From an uncultured virus (IMG/VR IMGVR_UViG_3300048927_000531) (Duplodnaviria; Heunggongvirae; Uroviricota; Caudoviricetes), in the IMG/VR virus record IMGVR_UViG_3300048927_000531: a stretch of DNA of 64,000 bases. One strand, written 5' to 3'. Positions 45,010-55,652 of the stretch are shown piece after piece. Position numbers and translations under genes: made by a program. Numbering within the stretch: position 1 is the first letter of the stretch; each line of letters starts with the position of its first letter. Under the pieces are notes generated by a model, which had not been told where the DNA came from, did no database searches, and saw only the letters and a program-made list of their open reading frames with translations.

Positions 45010-48000
45010 GTGGCGAGAAAAAGGAAGCAATCCGCCGCCGGCTGGATCGTCGGTGTATTGGTCGTTATTTGGCTGATTCCAAAGGAGATTTGGATCGGTC
45101 TCGGGATCGCCACGCCCATAGGATTAGTCCTCTGGATCTGGCTCAAATGGCGGGCTGAGAGGAAGGTCGCCCCGGCACCAGCGCCGGTGCCAGAACCCAC
45201 GCTGGCAGAGCTCATCCAATCTTCAGCGCCCAAGGCGATGCCCAAGGAGGCAGTCAGGCGGCCGACGCCCATCCGCGACGAGGCAGCTATTGCTCCTGTC
45301 GAGCCACTGAGAGCTTCTGGCCCGCCCGCCTCCCACTCCTCAGGCTCGGGTGGATCACCGTCCCAAGTGCCCGGACCGGTTTCGCACGGGTCGGCCGCCG
45401 GGGGACCAAGCGCAACTGAAATGGCCCTTTCGCCTCGGGACGCGGGGACGTCCCCGAGGGTTCTTACCAGTGCCGCCCTTGCCATGGCCGATGAGCGCAC
45501 CCTAGGCCCGGACTTGTCGGTCTCACAGCTAGAGCCAAGCAATCTGAGCCGGGAGACCTCCACTCATTCCGGCCCCCTTAAGAAAGCTGGAAATCTGGCA
45601 GAGGCAATGAAGGCCGTAGCCGAGCCCTCTGCTGCAGGAAAGGCTGCCAAGACCTTTACGGAACAGGTGCAGGTCCAAATTCCCGCAGCATCAGACGTAG
45701 CTCAACGACTCGCAGCAGCTTTGACGGCCCATGGGGCCCAGGCGACTGGCGAAAGCCGGCCCGGAAACTTGAAGGAAGTGAAGGCACTTATTGCCGAGCA
45801 CAGAGCTTCCTATACGGACCCCACCCAAGTGGAGACGGAACTGAAGACCAGCGCTCACGATGATCGCGGACCGTCTCAAGGTCAGCAGGCGCCGCCCGCC
45901 ATCGCCAGAGCTGTCCCTCCACCATTACCGTCAGCAACAGGGCCCGCTACCGGAATGGAAGAACTGCATCGCGTCGTCATCGCTTCTGACACTCCCTCAA
46001 AGGAGTTCACCGTCCCTCGCCCGCCCGAAGGCTGGGCGAAGACCCGATGGCTAGGCGCCGATGAGACGGTCGAGATCGGGGGCGTAGCCATTCGAGGCGG
46101 CCTCTTCTACACGGGCGTCAAGCTCGACTCCCCCAATGGCGATACCGAGCCCAGCCTTGTCAACAGCGTTTTGGCAGTCGCTCCATATGGCGATTACAGG
46201 GGCTCCACCAACTACTGGCTGGCCTACGCTCAGCTGTCACCCAGCGAACGGCGGGCGTACCTGACCTGGTTGGCATCGGACCGAACCGACAGCAATTGTT
46301 CAATAAACTATGTCCGTCTCTACTTCTTCGGCCTGGAGCGCCGCGTCCTACTCGACTCGGTAACCGACCCAGAGTCGAGAAAGGACTGGCCAGCTATCAA
46401 GCAGGCCCTCCGAAAGCTGGGCTCCGCCTATGGAGAGATCTACGGTCCTATCCGTGGATACACCAACAGCTTGTTGGACTGGATGGAGCTGGATTCGGTC
46501 GAAGATAAGCTCTACTCAAAGCCAATTCCCCCGTTTGATCGCTCCTACGAGCTCCCCTTCTACGTCCGCTTGGCGCTGGGCCAGTGTTCGCTTGACCGGG
46601 CGCCCATCCCTGCTCCGCTGGCTCTGGCCTGGATACGGCTAAACCCGGAGGTTTCGCTCCGAACCGCGGCAGTCTGGTGCGCCGATGAGTTCGATCGCCT
46701 GTTTGTAGAGCGATATCACGAGCTGTTTGGCAGCGGCATGGTGCTTCCCAAGAACCGCACCAAGCTGAAGTTCGCTCGGCAACCAGCTTCGCCCGCCTTG
46801 TATGGTGCATCCATTAAGCCGAAGACGTTCGGAGACGTTCCTGACGTCACGGCCCTTCGTGCGCCACTGAAGGGCCTGCTCGAGGTTGTTCAGCAGTGTA
46901 CCGACGAGCTCGGCCCCTACAGCCGATTGGTTGGCAGATCTTCTGATTCAAAGGATGCGCTGGAAGCGTTGCTTTTGCTGCCGCCCAGCATTTGGCCTGA
47001 GAGCCAAAGGAACATCCTCCGTTCAATTGCAGAGGACGTCCAACCAGGCAACATGACGATCAAGTTGGCAGAGCTGAGCGCTCGGTTCGGCCTAAGCCTC
47101 GGCCCTCTTGGCAGGGAAAGGATTCGCGATCTCGCCCGGGTATTGGAAAGCGTGAATGTCGGGATGGAGCCAAATGTCTTGGAGGGAGCACGTGCTCCGT
47201 CTGAAGCCGATCCGATCGTGATCTTTGCGCTCCTACCGGGTCAGTCGCACAAAACAGACGCCGCGGCGTATCAAACAGCCATCCTTACCTTGCAGCTCGC
47301 CTCGGCGGTCGCCCAGTCAGACGGCTCCTTCAGCGCGCAGGAGCTGGCGCATCTCTCCCTAGAGATCGACGGCTGGTCTCACCTTAGCGTGGCAGATCAC
47401 GGGCGACTGCGTGCTCATCTGGACTTGCTTGCCGCGTCGCCTATTGCCCTGCCATCACTGCGAAAAAAGCTCGATCCGCTGGACAGTGCCACCAAAGAGG
47501 CGATTGCGGCTTCCATGGCCACTCTCGCCCAAGTGGACGGAATGGTGTCGCCGGAGGAGGTGCGCTTTCTGGAGAAGGTCTACAAGGCCCTGGGTGTCGA
47601 ACCCAAGCGGGTCTTCAGCGACATCCATGCCCCGAGATCGGGCAAAACCCAGCCCCAGTCCACTCAGTCCGCCTCGTTCCAGCTGGATCCAGAGCGCATC
47701 GCCGCGCTGCAGCGCGACACATCCAAAGTGTCCGCCCTCCTTGCGAACATCTTCAAGGAGGACGAGCCCAACTCTAGCCACGAAGATGCTCCCTCTGCAT
47801 CTGTAGAGGAAAGACCTGAAGTCAGCAACGGCCTACTAGGCCTGGATGAGTCTCACAGCGCATTGCTCCGACTGATGCTGTCTCGCCCGAGCTGGACGCG
47901 TGCCGAGCTCGAGGACGGCGCTGCAGACCTTGAGTTGATGCTGGATGGTGCGCTGGAGCAGATCAATGACGCCTCCTTCGACGCCTATGACATCCCCTTC

Positions 48001-48060
48001 TCCGACGGAGACGATCCGTTGGAGGTCAATCCCGAGTTCATTGAGAAGATCGAACAATGA
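45010..48060 (+). CDS. sngA: TerB-N/TerB/TerB-C protein, Shango SngA-like
   Basis: N-terminal TM; YAQLSPSERRAYLTWLA, LYFFGLERR (TerB-N); AQSDG/AQVDG (TerB); LMLDGALEQIND (TerB-C). Confidence 0.85.
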   Translation: MARKRKQSAAGWIVGVLVVIWLIPKEIWIGLGIATPIGLVLWIWLKWRAERKVAPAPAPVPEPTLAELIQSSAPKAMPKEAVRRPTPIRDEAAIAPVEPLRASGPPASHSSGSGGSPSQVPGPVSHGSAAGGPSATEMALSPRDAGTSPRVLTSAALAMADERTLGPDLSVSQLEPSNLSRETSTHSGPLKKAGNLAEAMKAVAEPSAAGKAAKTFTEQVQVQIPAASDVAQRLAAALTAHGAQATGESRPGNLKEVKALIAEHRASYTDPTQVETELKTSAHDDRGPSQGQQAPPAIARAVPPPLPSATGPATGMEELHRVVIASDTPSKEFTVPRPPEGWAKTRWLGADETVEIGGVAIRGGLFYTGVKLDSPNGDTEPSLVNSVLAVAPYGDYRGSTNYWLAYAQLSPSERRAYLTWLASDRTDSNCSINYVRLYFFGLERRVLLDSVTDPESRKDWPAIKQALRKLGSAYGEIYGPIRGYTNSLLDWMELDSVEDKLYSKPIPPFDRSYELPFYVRLALGQCSLDRAPIPAPLALAWIRLNPEVSLRTAAVWCADEFDRLFVERYHELFGSGMVLPKNRTKLKFARQPASPALYGASIKPKTFGDVPDVTALRAPLKGLLEVVQQCTDELGPYSRLVGRSSDSKDALEALLLLPPSIWPESQRNILRSIAEDVQPGNMTIKLAELSARFGLSLGPLGRERIRDLARVLESVNVGMEPNVLEGARAPSEADPIVIFALLPGQSHKTDAAAYQTAILTLQLASAVAQSDGSFSAQELAHLSLEIDGWSHLSVADHGRLRAHLDLLAASPIALPSLRKKLDPLDSATKEAIAASMATLAQVDGMVSPEEVRFLEKVYKALGVEPKRVFSDIHAPRSGKTQPQSTQSASFQLDPERIAALQRDTSKVSALLANIFKEDEPNSSHEDAPSASVEERPEVSNGLLGLDESHSALLRLMLSRPSWTRAELEDGAADLELMLDGALEQINDASFDAYDIPFSDGDDPLEVNPEFIEKIEQ

Positions 48061-49355
48061 GTAGCCCTATTCGAACCAAAGACCGCGACGCGGTCGTCCA
48101 GTCTCTTCGCGCTGGCGTTGTCCCCCGCGCAGGACAGCACCTGATTCAAGTTGGCCGCGCTCGCGAGGTGGAGACGCTGGTCGGCGACATCGACCGGCTC
48201 GCCGATGGTGGATCCTCCTTCCGCCTAGTGATCGGAGAATACGGCTCCGGCAAGACGTTCTTCCTCAACCTGGTTCGCGCCATTGCCATGGAGCGAAAAC
48301 TTGTCGTAGCCAGCGCGGACCTGAACCCGGATCGGAGGCTTCATGCATCCGGAGGGCAAGCGCGTTCGCTATATGCGGAGCTGATGCGGAATCTGGCGAC
48401 GCGAACCAAGCCCGAAGGCGGCGCATTGCCCGCAGTGGTCGAGAAGTTCATCGCTACTGCAAAGTCCGACTCTAAGGCAAGAGATGTCCCTACCGAACAA
48501 GTCATCCGCGCCAAGCTGGAGCAACTGACGGAGCTGGTCAACGGCTACGATTTTGCAGACGTCATTGCGGCTTACTGGCGCGGGTTCGAGGAAGGCAATG
48601 AACAGTTGAAATCCGATGCCATCCGCTGGCTTCGTGGTGAATTCACGACCCGTACGGATGCCAAGGCCGCGCTAGGCGTCCGCACAATCGTTGACGACGC
48701 GTCCGTCTATGACCAGCTCAAGCTCATGGGCAGGTTCATCCACCTCGCCGGCTATAGCGGGTTGCTCGTATGCCTAGATGAGTTGGTCAACCTGTACAAG
48801 CTGGCCAACGCTCAGGCCCGAAACTCCAACTACGAGCAGCTCCTGCGCATGCTCAACGACTCGCTCCAGGGAACGGCGGTTGGTTTGGGTTTCGTTCTTG
48901 GAGGGACACCCGATTTCCTTATGGACACCCGCCGCGGCGTCTACAGCTACCAAGCGCTGCAAAGCCGCCTCGCACAGAACACCTTTGCCACAAACGGCTT
49001 AGTCGACTTCAGCGGACCTGTGGTCCGCCTCTCCAGCCTCACTGCAGAAGACTTCTACGTTCTTTTGACCAAGATCCGCCACGTCTATGCCGGCGGCGAC
49101 CAGACCAAGTATCTCCTTCCTGACGAGGCTGTTCATCAGTTCATGGAGCATTGCGCCAACCGCATCGGCGACAGCTTCTTCCGCACCCCTCGGACAACCA
49201 TCACCGCCTTCATCAATCTGCTTGCTGTGCTTGAGCAAAACCCTGGCACCGACTGGCAGTCCTTGATCGGTGCGGTCGAGGTCAGGCCTGACCTTGGCGG
49301 CCAGGGCGACCTTGATGTGATCGAAGATGACGAACTGACCTCTTTCAAGCTGTGA
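48057..49355 (+). CDS. sngB: DUF2791/BrxC-like P-loop ATPase, Shango SngB-like
   Basis: SLRAGVVPR, GEYGSGKTFF, CLDE. Confidence 0.87.
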   Translation: MSSPIRTKDRDAVVQSLRAGVVPRAGQHLIQVGRAREVETLVGDIDRLADGGSSFRLVIGEYGSGKTFFLNLVRAIAMERKLVVASADLNPDRRLHASGGQARSLYAELMRNLATRTKPEGGALPAVVEKFIATAKSDSKARDVPTEQVIRAKLEQLTELVNGYDFADVIAAYWRGFEEGNEQLKSDAIRWLRGEFTTRTDAKAALGVRTIVDDASVYDQLKLMGRFIHLAGYSGLLVCLDELVNLYKLANAQARNSNYEQLLRMLNDSLQGTAVGLGFVLGGTPDFLMDTRRGVYSYQALQSRLAQNTFATNGLVDFSGPVVRLSSLTAEDFYVLLTKIRHVYAGGDQTKYLLPDEAVHQFMEHCANRIGDSFFRTPRTTITAFINLLAVLEQNPGTDWQSLIGAVEVRPDLGGQGDLDVIEDDELTSFKL

Positions 49356-49359
49356 GCAC

Positions 49360-51540
49360 ATGAGCACCTCGAGCGCGTTCCATTCGCTTCATCCCGGCAT
49401 CCAACGCTACCTGTGGGCGGAGCAATGGGAGGCGCTGCGGGAGGTGCAGGAAATGGCCATCCCGGTCATCCTGCCGGCAGATCGCGATGTCGTCATCGCA
49501 GCCAGCACAGCATCAGGAAAGACCGAAGCAGCGTTCCTTCCGGCCCTGACACACCTTCTGAACGGCGATACAGATGGGCTGATCGTCTACATCAGCCCCC
49601 TCAAAGCACTGATCAATGACCAGTTCGGGCGACTGGATCGCCTATGCGAAGATCTGGATATCCCGGTTTGGCCATGGCACGGAGACATCGGCTCAACCAC
49701 AAAGCAGCGCTTCTTCAGGAAGCCAACGGGCGTCTTGTTGATCACCCCCGAATCCCTCGAGGCGATGCTGTGCAATCGCGGCACGTCTGTGGCAGGCATC
49801 TTCAAGGGAGCAACCTTGGTTATTGTCGATGAGCTCCATGCATTCATCGGAAGTGAGCGAGGAAAACAACTTCAGTCGCTCATGCATCGCATGGAGGTCG
49901 TCCTGGGGCGGAGAGTGTCTCGGATTGGGCTGTCGGCAACTCTAGGAGACATGCAAGCCGCGGCGACCTTCCTCCGCTCGGACGGCAGGGCCGCAATCGT
50001 CGATGCCCCGTCGGGTAACAACGAACTCCAGCTGATACTCAAGGGGTTTGAAGAGCCTCCTGCCCCCCAAGATGCCAAGCACGAAGAAGTGGCGCCGCTA
50101 GCCGTTGCCAAGCATCTGCATGAGGTGCTTTGCGGCACGAACAATCTGATTTTTCCTAACAGCAGACGCGAGGTAGAGCGCTACACCCACCTCCTGAACG
50201 AGATCAGCGAGCAGGCCAATCGCTTGCGGGAGTTCTGGCCGCACCACGGCAATCTTTCCAAGGAGATTCGCTCAGACACGGAAGCCGCGCTGAAGCAGAA
50301 GGAGCGCCCAGCAACCGCGATCTGCACGAATACGCTGGAACTGGGGATCGACATAGGCGCCGTAAAGAGCGTGGCTCAGATTGGGACGCCCCCTTCAGTC
50401 GCCAGCCTCCGGCAGCGCATGGGTCGTTCAGGGCGGCGAAAAGGCGAGCCGGCCATCCTCCGCGGGTATGTCGTCGAGGATGCGATCGACTCCAACTCCG
50501 ACCTAAAGACCCGCCTAAGGCTGGACACGGTTCAATCCATCGCTTCTGCATTGCTCCTCATCGACAAGTGGTTCGAACCACCCGTCGCCGGCGGCGCTCA
50601 TCTGTCGACACTGGTGCAGCAGCTTTTGTCGGCAATCGCTCAGTATGGCGGGTTGCGCGCCCCCCAAGCGTATCAGCTGCTGTGCGCGTCCGGCGCGCCG
50701 TTCCAAGGGCTTTCAAGCGAATCCTTCGTAGAACTCCTGCGCCATCTTGGAAAGCAGGATGTGATCACCCAGGACAGCTCTGGCTTGCTCCTCCACGGGC
50801 CGCTCGGCGACAAGCTGGTCAATCACTACTCCTTCTATGCAGCTTTCATGGCTGATGAAGAATTCCGCATTGTGGCTGCGGGAAAAACTCTGGGAACCTT
50901 GCCAATCACGCAAATGCTCGCGGCCGGCCAGCGCATCCTCTTTGGTGGACGCACCTGGCTAGTGGAGCAAGTCGATGAGGCACAGAAGACGATCTACGTC
51001 CTGGCAGCCAAAGGTGGAAGCCCCCCAATCTTTAACGGAAGCGGAGGGCGTGTGCATACCCGTATACGACAGACGATGCGTTCGCTTTATCGCGGTGAAC
51101 TTTATCCGACATTTTTAGACGCCACAGCGAGCCGCTTCTTGGATGAAGGCAAGAGCGCATATGAGCACATGGGGCTCGACGAGAAGGTCCTACTGGACCA
51201 AGGAAGCCATTTCCTCCTCCTCACATGGGCTGGGGACGCTGCCAATGAAGCCATTGCGTGCCTACTCGGCGCGAGTGACTTCAACGCACAGGCCGGCAGA
51301 CTCGGTGTCGAGGTCACCAAAGGCTCACACAGCCGCAACCATCTTCTGGAAGCGATAGCGGTAATTGCTTCACAGCCAGCCCCAAGGAGTGAGGAGCTTC
51401 TCGTCAAGGCTAAGAACCTAGCCAGCCAAAAATGGGATGGCCTATTGCCCCCGCGCCTTCTCATGCACTCCTACGCTTCGCTGCGCTTGGATATAGTTGA
51501 GGGCTTGGATTGGCTGAAAGCGGCGCGCGCCACCATCTAG
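49360..51540 (+). CDS. sngC: Lhr-like DEAD/DEAH helicase, Shango SngC-like
   Basis: TASGKTEAA, DELH, SAT, TLELGIDIG, QRMGRSGR. Confidence 0.88.
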   Translation: MSTSSAFHSLHPGIQRYLWAEQWEALREVQEMAIPVILPADRDVVIAASTASGKTEAAFLPALTHLLNGDTDGLIVYISPLKALINDQFGRLDRLCEDLDIPVWPWHGDIGSTTKQRFFRKPTGVLLITPESLEAMLCNRGTSVAGIFKGATLVIVDELHAFIGSERGKQLQSLMHRMEVVLGRRVSRIGLSATLGDMQAAATFLRSDGRAAIVDAPSGNNELQLILKGFEEPPAPQDAKHEEVAPLAVAKHLHEVLCGTNNLIFPNSRREVERYTHLLNEISEQANRLREFWPHHGNLSKEIRSDTEAALKQKERPATAICTNTLELGIDIGAVKSVAQIGTPPSVASLRQRMGRSGRRKGEPAILRGYVVEDAIDSNSDLKTRLRLDTVQSIASALLLIDKWFEPPVAGGAHLSTLVQQLLSAIAQYGGLRAPQAYQLLCASGAPFQGLSSESFVELLRHLGKQDVITQDSSGLLLHGPLGDKLVNHYSFYAAFMADEEFRIVAAGKTLGTLPITQMLAAGQRILFGGRTWLVEQVDEAQKTIYVLAAKGGSPPIFNGSGGRVHTRIRQTMRSLYRGELYPTFLDATASRFLDEGKSAYEHMGLDEKVLLDQGSHFLLLTWAGDAANEAIACLLGASDFNAQAGRLGVEVTKGSHSRNHLLEAIAVIASQPAPRSEELLVKAKNLASQKWDGLLPPRLLMHSYASLRLDIVEGLDWLKAARATI

Positions 51541-51608
51541 GGAGAACACGGCTGCATCGACATTACCCTCCACCATAAGACCAGGCAGATCGCACGATCG
51601 TCGCCGAA

Positions 51609-52103
51609 TCAGAGGGGGTTCTTGGTGGGCTCGACAGTGAAGACGTTGATGCTCGCCAGCACCTTGCGGCGTTCGTTGTATCGACGACCCAGACACCCGT
51701 CCAGAACATAAGTGCCCACGTTCGTGCGCACCACCTCATCGCCCTTGTGCTGGTTCCAGATGTTGTAGAGCGAGCCGCTCCGGACCTCTTCCGTGCCGCC
51801 GGCGTAGCTGGGACATCTCCCCACAGTCCGACCGTCTGTGACCTGTGGCGCGCCAAACTTCTCCTCAATTTGTGCGGCTACAGTTTTGACCAGTGCCTCG
51901 CTGGCGTCCAGGTTTACGTACATGCTAGTCAGCGTACCGCCATTGAACGTCAGCGTTGCTTTGAGAGGGCCGTCGCTCCAAGGGGTCTGAATCTTCGTAT
52001 CAAACCGCTCTTCCCCGGGCTTCAACTCCACCGGCCTGCCACCCGGGCTTTGGTATGGCCCAAGAGGAGCGGCCAGATGAATGCCACTTTCAGGATTCGA
52101 CAA
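51609..52103 (-). pseudogene. Hypothetical protein, probably 5'-truncated
   Basis: Open frame continues upstream of the TTG to a TAG with no ATG or RBS. Confidence 0.4.
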
Positions 52104-52184
52104 AGAGTACTGAGGCCACTGCCCGGAACCCTTGCAGCAAAAAGAGCCTAAGAGCCCAACTGCGTGCGCTCGCCGCGCATCACT

Positions 52185-53090
52185 TCACCTCCCCAGCGGC
52201 AGAAGCCGCTCGACCTCGTCCCGATTCCTTAGAACGATCTGCTGCCTGGTCGCTGGACGAGCATAGTCCTCTTCTGCCAGTCCCAACTGCTGCAGAACAT
52301 AGAAGAGCAGCGATTGCCGACACGTTAGTACGCACTCTCCGTCCGTCATCCCATAGTCGAGCTCGATCACTGCGCGGTGGGCCGCTTCCAGACCAGGGTG
52401 AGGGGCCAGAACCAACTGAACCATGGTCGACCACGCTACGTCCTCCTCTCCCCTGCTGCGATCTACCTCTCTTCCCGATACTTCTAGAATTCGAGACAGC
52501 AAGAAGTCCCGAAACTCGCCTTTCTGGTGGCAGTAGGCCCGCATGTGCCACCGATACCCATCACTGGCGAGCGCGTGAGGCGTCAATAGACGTCCGGATG
52601 GGGCGGGGTTCGAAAGAGACTGGTAGCGCACGTCGAGCGCCCGATTCTCCCTAATTGCCTCAACGACACAGATGACAACAGGCGCATCCAGGCGCCGCCA
52701 AGGCCTCGGCACGACTGCGACTGGCGGATGACCACCAAGAAAACTGCCGTAAGGAACGTCTGGGCTCACAGCCACCCTGAGCAGATCCTCGAGGTAGCGG
52801 ACGTGGGAGCTAGAAGGAAAAACCGCATCAAACGCCGCGGACGTCCGGTAGACCCTGTCGCTAGAGTCGTACTCCAGGTTGCCCGGGGCACGGCGCTGAT
52901 ACTCTGCCAGGTCGAGCGATGCCTGGGGCGTAGAAATCCCGAAGAACCCGGTGAGGTCGCTCCTATTCAGCTGCCCTCCCCACCTAAGTCTGTAGTCGAT
53001 GAACTCCAGCCGACGCTCCTGGCCCCAGCGAGAGCCGGACCTAGCGCCGATCGCGGGAAGCTTGGGATGCGTTTCTTGGACGTTGCTCAT
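52185..53090 (-). CDS. capW: WYL-domain transcriptional regulator (CapW/BrxR-like); alternative start 53102
   Basis: QERRLEFID..L.WGGQLNRSDL...FGIS.PQASLD wHTH; RWHMRAYC..FRDFLLSRI WYL; divergent from CBASS. Confidence 0.88.
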   Translation of the reverse strand: MSNVQETHPKLPAIGARSGSRWGQERRLEFIDYRLRWGGQLNRSDLTGFFGISTPQASLDLAEYQRRAPGNLEYDSSDRVYRTSAAFDAVFPSSSHVRYLEDLLRVAVSPDVPYGSFLGGHPPVAVVPRPWRRLDAPVVICVVEAIRENRALDVRYQSLSNPAPSGRLLTPHALASDGYRWHMRAYCHQKGEFRDFLLSRILEVSGREVDRSRGEEDVAWSTMVQLVLAPHPGLEAAHRAVIELDYGMTDGECVLTCRQSLLFYVLQQLGLAEEDYARPATRQQIVLRNRDEVERLLPLGR

Positions 53091-53114
53091 GTGGATCACC
53101 ATGTCCGGATAAAT

Positions 53115-53145
53115 ACTAGACGCGCATGGTATATATGCGTATAGT
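53115..53145. promoter_or_regulatory. Imperfect palindrome, candidate CapW operator
   Basis: ACTAGACGCGCAT-5nt-ATATGCGTATAGT, 10 of 13 positions pair. Confidence 0.55.
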
Positions 53146-53317
53146 TATGCTACGTGAAGAGGCCGTGACGTGCAATTCGGCCTCCGATTCGTCTACGCCG
53201 TGCCCGAAATGCAAACAACAGAAGAACTTTTGTGAACCATGGATCTGGTGTACGAAGTCGCTCTTTTTTGCGCCGACCGAGATGCCGGACTTCATATAGC
53301 TATGGAGTAGTAGCCGC

Positions 53318-54268
53318 ATGCCGCTTACCAACACCCAGCTTCTCTACTATGACAGCAACGTGCTGCGCCTTCCGGCGGACAAGCGCACGGAGTACCACCA
53401 GCAGGTTGATCGTCTGATCGCCGCCTTGAGCAAGCGGGTGCACGAGCAGACGGAGATCAAGATCACGAAAGTCGTGAAGGCTGGCTCATTCGCCAAGTAC
53501 ACGATCCTGCGTAAGACGTCAGAAGATCCAGTGGACGTAGACGTGGTGTTCTACATCTCCGGCCGTTCAGTGGACCAAGAAACCCTGAGCAGCCTGAGCG
53601 AGCTGATCTACAAGGCACTTGTAGAGCTCTATCCAAACAAGTCCGTCGAAGACTTTGAGATTCAGCGCAAGGCCGCCACCGTAACGTTCATTGGTTCGGG
53701 CCTAAGCGTCGACATCGTTCCAGTCATCGAGGACTCGTCGAAACCTGGCTTTGGGTGGCAGTTCGACATCCATGATGGGACAAAGATTCAAACCTGCGCT
53801 CCCTGCCAAATAAAATTTGTCAGGGACCGGAAGGACGTCGACAAAGACTTCCGAACCTTGGTTCGACTGGCGAAGAAGTGGCGCAACCATGCTTACATCA
53901 AACCGCTCAAATCGTTTGCCATCGAACTGATCATGGCTCACGTCCTGGCAAAGTACGGCAAGAATGGAACGATTGAGAAGCGCTTTAGGGACTTCCTGCT
54001 CTACATTGCACAGTCAGGGCTTAAGGAGAAGATCTCCTTTCCCGAGAACGGCTCCGTTGTTCCCACCTTCGAACATCCCGTAGTCATCCTTGATCCGGTG
54101 TGCAGCAGCAACAACGTCGCGAGCAGGATATCCGAAGCCGAACGCCAAGCAATTGTCGACGCGGCAAGCGAAGCATGGGAAACCGCAAACTTCGCGTCTG
54201 CGGAGAACGACACTGAGATTTGGAAAGAAATTTTTGGACCTCGATTCAAGGTGGAGGACGACGCGTGA
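53318..54268 (+). CDS. CD-NTase (CBASS cyclase, CdnC-like)
   Basis: GSFAKYT..., DVDV, VDIVP, VRLAKKW, KSFAIEL, ILDPV..NNV. Confidence 0.92.
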   Translation: MPLTNTQLLYYDSNVLRLPADKRTEYHQQVDRLIAALSKRVHEQTEIKITKVVKAGSFAKYTILRKTSEDPVDVDVVFYISGRSVDQETLSSLSELIYKALVELYPNKSVEDFEIQRKAATVTFIGSGLSVDIVPVIEDSSKPGFGWQFDIHDGTKIQTCAPCQIKFVRDRKDVDKDFRTLVRLAKKWRNHAYIKPLKSFAIELIMAHVLAKYGKNGTIEKRFRDFLLYIAQSGLKEKISFPENGSVVPTFEHPVVILDPVCSSNNVASRISEAERQAIVDAASEAWETANFASAENDTEIWKEIFGPRFKVEDDA

Positions 54269-54759
54269 GTCAGACCAGCACTTCTACTAATACCTACTCT
54301 GTCGCCGACATCGAGGCAGTGATGCGTCGAGTAACGGCAGACTTGGTCATGATCGCCTCGAGCACGGGTGCCATTACGGAAGCAAAGGCTCGCAACTGGG
54401 CACACGACATGGAGCTCTTGGCCAGCAAGGGCTACTTGCGCATGGCTGACCTGACCCTGCTAAGCGGCGGTATCGAGCAAATGGCGACGCGCTTTACTGT
54501 CGAAGCGGAGTCTGGAAGCCTCAAGATGAACCGTCCTGGCGGGCTCATGTGGCCGAAGGTGCCCAATCCCGACCTGCGCATCGTGCTTTTCTACAATGAG
54601 TCTTATGACCAGGCAGCCAGAGAGAAGATGCGAGACAAGCTGAAGATCGGTTGGGTTACTTCAACCGCAGACACCAGCCATTCGTCCCTCAGCTTGAGTT
54701 CGAATCGCAGCTACTCAAGCAACTCATATGGAATGCAGCGCGAGGACTATAGCCGATGA
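54265..54759 (+). CDS. cap7: Bacterial HORMA-domain protein (Cap7-like)
   Basis: GTGA overlap with cyclase; Ser/Thr-rich N-terminus, TYSVADIEAVMRR; synteny. Confidence 0.8.
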   Translation: MSQTSTSTNTYSVADIEAVMRRVTADLVMIASSTGAITEAKARNWAHDMELLASKGYLRMADLTLLSGGIEQMATRFTVEAESGSLKMNRPGGLMWPKVPNPDLRIVLFYNESYDQAAREKMRDKLKIGWVTSTADTSHSSLSLSSNRSYSSNSYGMQREDYSR

Positions 54760-55652
54760 GCCAGGAAAGTGTATTCGACGCAAAGATCGTCCTCCCGGAC
54801 CCGAAGCTCGCCCTGCGCGAGAAGACACTGCTGGGATTCAATGATCGATACGAGAGGATCCATGATCAGCTTCGGCTGCTTCTCAGCCTGAGCGAGCTCG
54901 ATGCGTGGAGCAAGAAGCACCACAAGAGCAAGATTGCCCTGTGCGGCCTCGTATCCGAGCAGTACCCCTTGGTCATCTTCCATGGTGACGTAGGCACTGG
55001 CAAAACGGCGACCGCCGAGTGTGTCGTTAATCGCTTGGCGAAAGAATCGCGGACCGAGGACTCGCTTCTCTTCAGACTCAGCAATCGAGTTCGTGGCGGC
55101 GGCAAGGTCGGTGAAATGGGCACTCTCCTCAACCAAGCGTTTCAAGAGGTATGTCAGTCGGCGGGCAAGGCGCGCCGAGCCTTCCTGATCATTGACGAAG
55201 GCGACTCAATCGCAGCATCGCGCTCCCAAGAGAACAGCCACCATGAAGACAAGGTGGCAGTCAACACTCTGATTCAGGGCGTCGATGATCTCCGTCGCTA
55301 CGGCGGACGGGTCGTTGTGATTCTTTGCACGAACCGACTCTCTGTACTTGATGCGGCCCTGCGCCGTCGGGCCGCGGTAGTTGAAGAGTTTTCCCGTCCC
55401 ACCGACAGCGAGCGCCGCCAACTTCTGACGATGGATTTGGAAGGGCTCTCACTCACGACGAAGCACATCGAGCAGCTTGTAGCCGCCACCGGGGCGCAAG
55501 GCGAACAGCCTGGCTGGACGTACTCGGATATCCGAACGCGCCTCTACCCGACTGCCATGGCTCGCGCCTTTCCCGATCGCCCACTGTCTTTCGAAGACAT
55601 CCATAGCGCCGCAACTTCACTTCGGCCGTCTCCAGTCATGGAGGACCGGTAA
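54756..55652 (+). CDS. cap6: TRIP13/Pch2-like AAA+ ATPase (Cap6)
   Basis: GDVGTGKT, IIDEGD, TNR...LDAALRRR. Confidence 0.88.
   Translation: MSQESVFDAKIVLPDPKLALREKTLLGFNDRYERIHDQLRLLLSLSELDAWSKKHHKSKIALCGLVSEQYPLVIFHGDVGTGKTATAECVVNRLAKESRTEDSLLFRLSNRVRGGGKVGEMGTLLNQAFQEVCQSAGKARRAFLIIDEGDSIAASRSQENSHHEDKVAVNTLIQGVDDLRRYGGRVVVILCTNRLSVLDAALRRRAAVVEEFSRPTDSERRQLLTMDLEGLSLTTKHIEQLVAATGAQGEQPGWTYSDIRTRLYPTAMARAFPDRPLSFEDIHSAATSLRPSPVMEDR

Noticed and set aside
45010..48060. Tellurite resistance operon
   Set aside because: TerB domains only, with no terACDEZ genes
48057..49355. BREX system
   Set aside because: The ATPase is BrxC/DUF2791-like, but pglX and pglZ are absent; context fits Shango
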